NCBI GenBank assembly: GCA_964016885.1
Contig: OZ024752.1
Location: forward strand, 38,688,001-38,752,000
DNA length: 64,000 bases
Direction of reading: 5' to 3'
DNA from: Eledone cirrhosa
Lineage: Eukaryota
Shown: one piece after another, positions 53,660 to 63,303 of the stretch
Numbering within the stretch: position 1 is the stretch's first letter
How the letters are laid out: each line of letters starts with the position of its first letter
The notes under the pieces: model-generated
Told to the model about the DNA's origin: nothing
Database searches by the model: none
The model's input: the letters and a program-made list of their open reading frames with translations, nothing else
Made by a program: the position numbers and the translations under genes

Positions 53660-56600
53660 ATCATCATCATCATCATCATCATCATTTTACGTCCGCTTTT
53701 CCCTGCTTGCAAGGGTGGGACGGGTCTTATTCAGCACAGCATCTCTCCACTCGTCACGGTCCCTCGTCATCTCCACCGTGAGCTTCAATGATCTGAGGTC
53801 TGTTCTCACCACCTCCGCCCATGTTTTTCGTGGTCTACCTCTACCACGTCTTCCTTCAACTGGCATTTCCTGGCACTTCTTCACCCATCGGTCATCCTCC
53901 ATGCGCATCACATGTCCATACCACCTCAGTCTCCTCTCCCGTACACTACATTCTATCCCTCTCAGACACAGTTTCTCTCTCAACACATTTATGCTGGGTC
54001 GTTCACGCACATTTACACTGCACATCCAACGGAGCATGCTTGCCTCATTTCTCTCCAGCCGTCGCATATCTTCTGCGGTAGCTGCCCATGTCTCACTACC
54101 ATGCAGCATCGCGCTCCTCACACAGGCATCATACAACCGGCCTTTCGTACGCAGGGAGAAACCCTTCTTCGTCAACAGAGGAAGCAGCTCCCTAAACTTC
54201 TTCCAACCCGTCCTTATTCTAGATACTATGGCCTCGGAACACCCTCCTCCCATGCTAATCTGATCTCCTAGGTACCGGAAGCTATCCACCACTTCTATAG
54301 CGCCCTCTCGCATTTGAAAAATGTGTCTATCAGTGCGACTTCTACTGTCTAATTTCCCTGTACATCTACTGCATACATATTTCTCCCTACCTGTTAGTTT
54401 GCCTGCTATCCCGCTACATCTCTTGTGTACCCAGGACCTACATTGTGTGCATTTTATAGAATTTATGCCAGTTCCTTTTCTGCATATCGAACATGGCCAT
54501 TTCCCTGACGGAATCAGGGTTTTGTCCTCTTTTCTACTCATCAACACTTTTGTCTTAGCTAGATTTACTCTCAGTCCTCTTGCTTCCAACTGCTGTTTCC
54601 ATAGCCGGAATTTATTCTCTAGCTCCTCTACTGATTCTGCCATAAGAGCCAGATCGTCAGCATAGAGAAGTTCCCATGGACAGCCAGTCTTAAACTCCTC
54701 TGTTATGGCTTGGAGGACTATAATGAACAAGAGCGGGCTGAGGACCGAACCCTGATGTACTCCTACTTGTATCTGGAATTCCTCACTAAACTCCATTCCT
54801 ACCCTGACTTTACTGAGAGTACCTCTGTACAAAGTTTGCACTGTCCTTACAAGCCATTCCTCAACACCCAGCTTCCTTAGGGACCACCAGATGACAGATC
54901 GGGGTACCCTATCAAAGGCCTTCTCTAGGTCAACAAAGGCTAAGTATAGTGGCTTATTCTTCTCTAAGAACCTCTCTTGCATTTGTCTCACCAAGAAGAG
55001 GGCATCTGTTGTACTCTTCCCAGGCACAAAACCAAACTGCATCTCATCTAGTTTGACCCTTTCTCTAATTAGTTGTGCTAAAATCCTTTCTGCCACTTTC
55101 ATAACCTGATCTATCAGTTTTATACCCCTATAATTGCTCCTCTCCAAAGCATCCCCTTTACCTTTGTAGCAATTTATGAGAATACTGCTGCACCAGTCTT
55201 TGGGTATGACACCACCATATATAGCCTGATTGATTATGCGTGCAACCAGTTTAGTGCCTACGTCCCCTGATGCCTTCAGCATCTCAGCAACTATTCCCGA
55301 TGGTCCGGCCGCCTTACCATTTTTCATTTCCCTAATCGCCTCTTGGACCCTATATTCGTCAATCTCAATAGCTGGTCCCTCTGTCGGATCTACCAAGGGT
55401 AATTTCTCTCTCTCCCATTCGTTCTCCACATTCATCAGTCTCTCATAATGACATTTCCAGGCCTCCTTTTTCTGGTCATTCGTGACACTAAGTACACCGG
55501 CATCATCCCGGACACATTTATCACCAACAACATCCTGATTTGCATTGACACACTGCCTTGCAATGTGGAACACCGCACGCCTCTGATCTTCCCGTCGCAG
55601 AACATTGGCAAACCTCCTACTCTCTGCCTCCCTGCGTGCTAAGTACACCTGACGTCTAGCTTCTCTCTTAGTGGCTGTATATTCTTCCCTACTCCCACCC
55701 TTATTCCAAGCCTTCCATGCTAGTCTTTTGTCTCTAATAGCCTTATCTACACTGCTGTTCCACCACCAGGTCACTCTCTGTCTGGTTGGAGCTCTGCTCC
55801 AGCCACAGGTTTCATCAGTAGCCTTCAGCAAGTTGTCACGTAAGAACTTCCAGTTATTATCTATGTCATACGTCTCTAAATCGTCTTCTTTTTCGTCATA
55901 TACATCTTGAAGGGCTTTCCTAAATTTGAATTTTAGTGAAAGGTCTTTTAGCTTCCAGACCTTTCTTCTCCACACCTTCCTATATGTCTCATTCCATCTC
56001 TTGCTTACTGAGATATCACTAACAACTAACCTATGCTGTGGGGTACATTCTTCCCCAGGGTATGCCTTGGTATTAGACACTATCTGCTTGTCCCGCTGCC
56101 TAACTAGCAGGAAGTCAATCTGGCTTATGTGCTCACCAGATTTGTAGGTTATTAGGTGATTGGCAGGTTTCTGGAAGTTTGTGTTGCAAATAGTCAATGT
56201 ACTTGCATCACAAAATTCAAGAAGTCTCACTCCTTCTTCATTTCTTGAACCGTAACCGTGCCCACCATGTACCCCAGTGTAACCATCCTGGAGCTGTCCA
56301 ACATGACCATTGAAGTCTCCTGCTAGCATAACGATGTCTCCGTCCTCTGTCATTGTGGTTGTTTGCAAAAGTTGCTCATAAAAGCAGTCTTTCTCATCTT
56401 TGCCTAGGCCTGCTTGGGGAGCATAGACCGAGATGATTGTCAGTAGTCTCCTACCTACAACTAATCTAAGCTTAATTATTCGATTACTAACTCGAACTAC
56501 CTCTATTGTCTTATTGATCCATTTCTCAGCCAGGAAAATGCCTACTCCCCCTAACCCATCATCCTTACCTACCCAGAATAGCTTATAGCTAAGACGCTTG

Positions 56601-56944
56601 CCTACGACTAGTCTCGCAGAGGCACCCCTCCATCTCACCTCTTGCACGCAGCACACATCCACCTGCCTTCTCTCCAGCATCTCCGCTATTTCAGCAGACC
56701 TACCTCTGAGAGTGCCAACATTAAGTGTTGCAACTCTGAGATGCGACGTCTTCATATTTTTCTATGCTGTTTTGTTGCTGTGCTGATAAGCTTTTTGGCA
56801 TTGATACACTGGTTGGATGCCCTTCCTAACACCAGCGCCACTTTACAGCATGGACTGGGTGCTTTTATTTGTGCCACCAGCACTAGAGAGGATGTCTCAC
56901 TAGACTCAAGGGCCCTCTCTACCCCTCCATTTTACAGCATGGTC

Positions 56945-56947
<3 letters not shown>
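53660..56947 (-). mobile_element. Apparently full-length RTE LINE: 5' UTR of about 190 nt, ORF, (ATG)n tail
   Basis: Intact ORF; (atc)n tail at 53660-53685; 5' UTR motif ttaggaagggcatcc; lies antisense within the inferred MAM-gene intron. Confidence 0.9.
53687..56755 (-). CDS. RTE-clade LINE single ORF: AP endonuclease, reverse transcriptase and an inserted PHD-like finger (1022 aa, uninterrupted)
   Basis: APE motifs (TLNVG, VQEVRW, SVYAP, GDFNGH, QIDF, QHRLV); RT motifs (NYRGI, QFGFVPG, FVDLEKAFDRV, GVHQGSVLSP, YADD, YLG); C-terminal RRLRWYGHV...RGRP. Confidence 0.97.
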   Translation of the reverse strand: MKTSHLRVATLNVGTLRGRSAEIAEMLERRQVDVCCVQEVRWRGASARLVVGKRLSYKLFWVGKDDGLGGVGIFLAEKWINKTIEVVRVSNRIIKLRLVVGRRLLTIISVYAPQAGLGKDEKDCFYEQLLQTTTMTEDGDIVMLAGDFNGHVGQLQDGYTGVHGGHGYGSRNEEGVRLLEFCDASTLTICNTNFQKPANHLITYKSGEHISQIDFLLVRQRDKQIVSNTKAYPGEECTPQHRLVVSDISVSKRWNETYRKVWRRKVWKLKDLSLKFKFRKALQDVYDEKEDDLETYDIDNNWKFLRDNLLKATDETCGWSRAPTRQRVTWWWNSSVDKAIRDKRLAWKAWNKGGSREEYTATKREARRQVYLARREAESRRFANVLRREDQRRAVFHIARQCVNANQDVVGDKCVRDDAGVLSVTNDQKKEAWKCHYERLMNVENEWEREKLPLVDPTEGPAIEIDEYRVQEAIREMKNGKAAGPSGIVAEMLKASGDVGTKLVARIINQAIYGGVIPKDWCSSILINCYKGKGDALERSNYRGIKLIDQVMKVAERILAQLIRERVKLDEMQFGFVPGKSTTDALFLVRQMQERFLEKNKPLYLAFVDLEKAFDRVPRSVIWWSLRKLGVEEWLVRTVQTLYRGTLSKVRVGMEFSEEFQIQVGVHQGSVLSPLLFIIVLQAITEEFKTGCPWELLYADDLALMAESVEELENKFRLWKQQLEARGLRVNLAKTKVLMSRKEDKTLIPSGKWPCSICRKGTGINSIKCTQCRSWVHKRCSGIAGKLTGREKYVCSRCTGKLDSRSRTDRHIFQMREGAIEVVDSFRYLGDQISMGGGCSEAIVSRIRTGWKKFRELLPLLTKKGFSLRTKGRLYDACVRSAMLHGSETWAATAEDMRRLERNEASMLRWMCSVNVRERPSINVLREKLCLRGIECSVRERRLRWYGHVMRMEDDRWVKKCQEMPVEGRRGRGRPRKTWAEVVRTDLRSLKLTVEMTRDRDEWRDAVLNKTRPTLASREKRT

Positions 56948-56979
<32 letters not shown>

Positions 56980-57884
56980 AAACTTATTGACACGACTCAC
57001 ACACTAATACTCATGCATACAAACCACAACCACACATACCAACACTCATTCATGCATACAATCACGCACACCGCTCACAAACATATATATATATACATAT
57101 ATTACCGACAGTACTGATACAAAATCAAAATCAAAGTCAAAATCAAAATCAAAGTCAAAATCGTCAAAATCACTATCATGTCAACTGTTGACCTTTCCCA
57201 GTCCAGTTCGGCTTGTATATAATAACAATAACAATAATAATTGTTTGTTTACGCTGGTAATGGCGGTGGTGGATGGTGTCAGTGTGGTGGTGGTGGATGG
57301 TATCAGCGTGGTGGTGGTGGATGGTCAGTGATGGTGGTGGCAGTTGTTGGTGCTGTAGTTGTTATTGTAGTTGTTACTGTTGTTGTTGTCCTTCATTTCA
57401 CTGCTGCTGTTGCTGCAGACAATGGTGTTGATGCTGTTATTGCTGTCGCATATATACAAATACATACACACACATTCAACACAGACGATGGTGTTGTTGC
57501 TGTTGTTGTTGTTGTTGTTGGTGTTGCTGCTGTTGTTGTTGTAGTTGTTGCTGTGTTGAAATCTGGTCGCATCCACTGAGATATACATATACACACACAT
57601 ACACATATGTATATACACATACATACATCAAAAGAGAGTCAGCAGTATGTCAACAGGGGACAGGACAGCGACCTTAGAGTAATGTGGTGATGGTGGAGAG
57701 CGAGTGTAGGCGTTATTGTTAGTGTGGTGACGGGGGGGGGGGGTCAGTGAGATGTTACAAGTTCATAGATCCCTTCTCTCTTTTCCTCTCTCTTCAAAAT
57801 TTTGAATTGATGGCCTTTTGCAATGGCGGACAAGTATATATAATATATATATATGAAGCAAAGAAAAGAAAATTTTCACTGATA

Positions 57885-58165
57885 TGAAAGATTTCCTGGT
57901 AGAAGTTCAGGTGTATTCAGTAATTGGTATCCAGTTTCGGGGTATCCAATTAGAAAATCCAACGAATCTTTAAGAGGGGTCCACGCAACCATTGATATAT
58001 ATATCTATATATGTAAAATGCAAGCAGAAATGACAACGAAAGATTTCCTGGTAGAAGTTCAGGTGTATTCAGTGTTGGTATCCAGTGTTAGGGTATCCAA
58101 TTAGAAAATCCAACGAATTTTTGAGAGGGGTCCACACAAGCATATACATAGATATATGCAAAATG
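57885..58165. repeat. Imperfect direct duplication of about 150 bp
   Basis: gaaagatttcctggtagaagttcaggtgtattcagt...gggtatccaattagaaaatccaacgaat occurs twice. Confidence 0.8.
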
Positions 58166-59131
58166 CAAGCAGAAATAACAACACATATACTAATGAACAT
58201 ACATTAAACACAGAGGGACTGTAAATGATAATAGCAATATCTAGATATAAATATATAAATGTACATATCTCTATTGGTCTCATAAATTTTAAATTTTCTC
58301 TTTCCTCTTGTGTGTGTGTAGCAACACGTGGTTGTGTGTTGCTGCTGACTCTAGCAGAGCCCAAGAAAACACGTCTTGCCCTAACAGATGCTGCTCCCTA
58401 TATATATATAATTGTTTCTATTTTAGGCACAAGGCCAGCAAATACCCAGTACATTACTGGTACTTTATTTTATCGACCCCGTAAGGATGAAAGGCAAAGT
58501 TAACCTCGGCAGGATTTGAACTCAGATCGTAAAGGGACGTAACTATGCTGGAAAGCATGGCGTCCGACCCTCTACCGATACTGCCAATTTACCGCCCTTA
58601 TATATATATAATGGCTCGAAACTCTACTAAGAGTATTGCAATCACTTGTCAGATTACAGAAAATGGTGCACTTTTAGGCCGCGGTCAGCCACACAAACCT
58701 GTAACATAACCTGAACAAGTAATGTCTGTGCTTTGAATGTTTTTTAAGTGAGGAAAGGCCTTGCACTCGACCAATCCCACTCTCTGAGCATCGAAAACAT
58801 TAGCAGAAAAGAAGAACTGGTCGACGTCATCGGATGCTTTCGAAGCCGCTGGTTTTTTTTCAGAGTTTCCCTCTCTTAGAAAGGTGTTGCGACAACACCT
58901 GGGGGCCTTTCACTCCCAGGTGAAAAAAAAAAAAAGCACTATTTGGATGGCCGTTGACTCTGCTGAGGTCCCTCCACCTTTTGCCGGGTCTTGTATTTCA
59001 TCCCGCAGGGTGTCCAAATATCACCCTCCTCACCAAGCAAGCTTGGTGGGGTTGCTGGTTTAGTCGCCAACGACCCGGCCATGAGACAGGTTGTACATGT
59101 TACCAATAGCACTCGAGAGCGACCTGACATA

Positions 59132-59162
<31 letters not shown>

Positions 59163-59285
59163 CATATACATAATATATATACATATACATATACATAAAA
59201 TTCATTAGTTCATTAAGTTATCGTCAGAGCTGTTTTAATAATTAATAAATTGTTTGTTTGCGTGGTTTACATGGTCTGCAGCTAG

Positions 59286-61047
59286 GTATTTGTTTATTTG
59301 TCTCTCCATCAATTTATCCATATATCCATCTTTCTATCTGACATTGTTTTTCCCTAGGTTACATATAAGGTGTTTGTTTATTTGTCTCTCCATCAATTTA
59401 TCCATATATCCATCTTTCTATCTGACATTGTTTTTCCCTAGGTTACATATAAGGTGTTTGTTTATTTGTCTCTCCATCAATTTATCCATATATCCATCTT
59501 TCTATCTGACATTGTTTTTCCCTGGGTTACATATAAGGTGTTTGTTTATTTGTCTCTCCATCAATTTATCCATATATCCATCTTTCTATCTGACATTGTT
59601 TTTCCCTAGGTTACATATAAGGTGTTTGTTTATTTGTCTCTCCATCAATTTATCCATATATCCATCTTTCTATCTGACATTGTTTTTCCCTAGGTTACAT
59701 ATAAGGTGTTTGTTTATTTGTCTCTCCATCAATTTATCCATATATCCATCTTTCTATCTGACATTGTTTTTCCCTAGGTTACATATAAGGTGTTTGTTTA
59801 TTTGTCTCTCCATCAATTTATCCATATATCCATCTTTCTATCTGACATTGTTTTTCCCTAGGTTACATATAAGGTGTTTGTTTATTTGTCTCTCCATCAA
59901 TTTATCCATATATCCATCTTTCTATCTGACATTGTTTTTCCCTAGGTTACATATAAGGTGTTTGTTTATTTGTCTCTCCATCAATTTATCCATATATCCA
60001 TCTTTCTATCTGACATTGTTTTTCCCTAGGTTACATATAAGGTGTTTGTTTATTTGTCTCTCCATCAATTTATCCATATATCCATCTTTCTATCTGACAT
60101 TGTTTTTCCCTAGGTTACATATAAGGTGTTTGTTTATTTGTCTCTCCATCAGTTTATCCATATATCCATCTTTCTATCTGACATTGTTTTTCCCTAGGTT
60201 ACATATAAGGTGTTTGTTTATTTGTCTCTCCATCAATTTATCCATATATCCATCTTTCTATCTGACATTGTTTTTCCCTAGGTTACATATAAGGTGTTTG
60301 TTTATTTGTCTCTCCATCAATTTATCCATATATCCATCTTTCTATCTGACATTGTTTTTCCCTAGGTTACATATAAGGTGTTTGTTTATTTGTCTCTCCA
60401 TCAATTTATCCATATATCCATCTTTCTATCTGACATTGTTTTTCCCTAGGTTACATATAAGGTGTTTGTTTATTTGTCTCTCCATCAATTTATCCATATA
60501 TCCATCTTTCTATCTGACATTGTTTTTCCCTAGGTTACATATAAGGTGTTTGTTTATTTGTCTCTCCATCAATTTATCCATATATCCATCTTTCTATCTG
60601 ACATTGTTTTTCCCTAGGTTACATATAAGGTGTTTGTTTATTTGTCTCTCCATCAATTTATCCATATATCCATCTTTCTATCTGACATTGTTTTTCCCTA
60701 GGTTACATATAAGGTGTTTGTTTATTTGTCTCTCCATCAATTTATCCATATATCCATCTTTCTATCTGACATTGTTTTTCCCTAGGTTACATATAAGGTG
60801 TTTGTTTATTTGTCTCTCCATCAATTTATCCATATATCCATCTTTCTATCTGACATTGTTTTTCCCTAGGTTACATATAAGGTATTTGTTTATTTGTCTC
60901 TCCATCAATTTATCCATATATCCATCTTTCTATCTGACATTGTTTTTCCCTAGGTTACATATAAGGTGTTTGTTTATTTGTCTCTCCATCAATTTATCCA
61001 TATATCCATCTTTCTATCTGACATTGTTTTTCCCTAGGTTATATATA
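59286..61047. repeat. 84-bp tandem array, 21 units, nearly invariant; each unit contains the splice acceptor of the next exon
   Basis: The AG of ...ctgacattgtttttccctag lies at 59356-59357 and every 84 bp up to 61036-61037. Confidence 0.97.
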
Positions 61048-61282
61048 TTCCGATGGAGATCATGGATGTAAATCACAAACAGTATGGCAGTCACCTAAAT
61101 GGGGGACAACTGGAAAACCATTCTCCTTTTTGTATCGAGTAACAGGAAGCAGTAAAGTTACCTTAAGAATAATATGTGCTAAATGGGGTCTGTTGAGTGA
61201 CACTTATCATAAATCATGGAGTTGTAATGTATCCCTAGCTCAACAATGGAGAAAGGCTCATGTATACTGCAATTATAACTTG
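61038..61282 (+). CDS. Internal exon, core of a MAM-like domain
   Basis: ccctag|...TTG|gtaaga; 245 nt, phase 1 to phase 0; (G)YIYSDGDHGCKSQTVWQSPKW...FSFLYRVTGSSKVTLRI...SWSC...QQWRKAHV follows the MAM GY.Y / SP / SF.Y / L.V / W / W..A.V pattern. Confidence 0.75.
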
Positions 61283-61324
61283 GTAAGAATTCTGGTGGTT
61301 AATAGTTATCTGCTAAAACCATTT

Positions 61325-61696
61325 CTTCCTCCCCCTTCTCTTTACCTCTCTCTCTCTCCCTCTCTCATTTCCTCCCTCCCTCTCTCTCTCTCTCTCTCAT
61401 TATCTCTTTCTCTTTACCTCCCTCTCTCTCTCACTATATTTCTCTTTACCTTTCTCTCTCTCTCATTATCTCTTTCTCTTTACCCCCCCTCTCTCTCTCT
61501 CTCGTTCATTATCTCTTTCTCTTTACCTCCCTCTCTCTCTTTCTCTTTACCTACCTCCCCCTCTCTCGCTTTATCTCTATCCCTCCCCCCATCTCTCTCT
61601 ACCTCTTTTTCATTTCTCTCTCTCTCTCTACCACTCTCTCTTTCTCTCTCTCTCTCCCCCTCTCTCTTTCTCTTTACTCCTCTCTCTCTCTCTCCA
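61325..61696. repeat. (CT)n-rich tract
   Basis: Seen directly. Confidence 0.9.
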
Positions 61697-62526
61697 GATT
61701 AATAATTGTTTCTACTTTTGGCACAAGGCCAGCAATTAACCCAGTGTATTACTGGTACTTTATTTTATCGACCCCGTAAGGATGAAAGGCAAAGTTAACC
61801 TCCAGGTTAATAATGAAATCAATTCCAAGATAGTCAAAAGAAATCACAGTTTCTAGAAGACTACACTCTCTACAGTTTAGAAACTTGTTTGTTGTTAGTA
61901 TTACTGCCATGTTTTAATGTCCATTGAGCAATCATCATACTCATGACATACTGTATACAGCAGTGATTCCCAATGTGGGGCGCATGCCCCACAGAGGAGC
62001 AATTTTAAAAATGATGTTAATGAGAACAAACTTCAGATATTACCTTTTACAGATTACTGTCAGAAACTCCTGTCTCACAACCTTGCTCAAAACAAGACCC
62101 TTATTATGCAAACTTATCAACAAAGACAAAAAATCTTCACAAGAGGTATGTAGTCAGACAACAGAAACCAAAATCTGATCAATGAGCACTTCAATGGAAG
62201 TCACAGATAGAATGCCAGAATCAGAATATCTGGCCGTTTATTGGCATAAATATCCAATCAATCATCTAGCCAGCGTTATGGTCTTCATTGGTTATTGATT
62301 ACCAATCTACATTGATTACCTGCCATACCATATCCTCTGGATAATCTTCTCAACAAATAATCTTAAACACAGTTATATAAAGTTCCTTACTACATGTTTA
62401 ATTATTAAACAAACATTTGGTAGGAATCTAGAAAAACCATTCTTTAAACTTCCATTCCTATTGACATAGGCATATCTAATTCTTGAAGTTTACATAACAT
62501 TTTATTCTTTCTTGATTCTATTCTAG

Positions 62527-62593
62527 GATCAAATCATTATCCAAGCAGAGTTTTCTGGCAAATCATCAGTTATGATTAAACGAATATGGAATG
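62527..62593 (+). CDS. Internal exon, C-terminal strands of a MAM-like domain
   Basis: Polypyrimidine tract, ttctag|GAT...AATG|gtaagt; 67 nt, phase 0 to phase 1; DQIIIQAEFSGKSSVMIKRIWN resembles the MAM Q.I.EA...G..IAID.I motif; phase matches the previous exon. Confidence 0.7.
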
Positions 62594-62965
62594 GTAAGTA
62601 ATTTAATTGGCACTACTATACACAACTAATTGGTTAATGATAGAATTATGAATCACAGGTGATGACATATGTTTCACAATTCTGGTTTCTACTATATTCT
62701 ACTATATTGTATGAATACTTACTAGCGAGCTGTAAAATAAGGACTAATATGACTTCATGGAAGTTAGAGCATCTATCTGTAAAATATTTCCAAGCGTTTA
62801 TTTAAATATCTAAATTTCATAAATCTCAACTGGATGTGAACATGGTGACTTAGTGAAGAAGTGTGAGAGAAAGGTATATTTTGTCTCATCAATTATGAAT
62901 TTCTATCCTGATATAATATCAAAGTATTTCCTTTAACAACAAAAAAAGAAATCTTTCACTAACTC

Positions 62966-63016
<51 letters not shown>

Positions 63017-63022
<6 letters not shown>

Positions 63023-63258
63023 GATATTAAATAAATGGAAACTATATTTAAAAAACCATATTTATTCTATTATATATATTTCAAGGGTACCAAAACTTTG
63101 GTACACTTTCATCAGATAAAATACAAAGTTTGTTTTTAAATATAGTTTCCATTTATTTAATATCATTGAATATTATACTCCAGAAAACTTGTTGAGTCCT
63201 CTGGATCAGTTATAAACATTTATATTTGTTGAATTACCAACAAATTCAATCCCTTTTG

Positions 63259-63263
<5 letters not shown>
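63017..63263. mobile_element. Fold-back Penelope-like element with a hammerhead at 63063-63123 (-)
   Basis: Minus strand tattttat-CTGATGA-aagtgtaccaaa/tttggtaccctt-GAAA-tatata-TA-atagaata; (TA)n flanks. Confidence 0.75.

Positions 63264-63300
<37 letters not shown>

Positions 63301-63303
<3 letters not shown>

Noticed and set aside
59254-61071. 605-aa repeat membrane protein
   Set aside because: The ORF has a non-ATG start and arises from an 84-bp (28-codon) repeat; the unit is better explained as intronic acceptor sequence, and the real exon uses a different frame.
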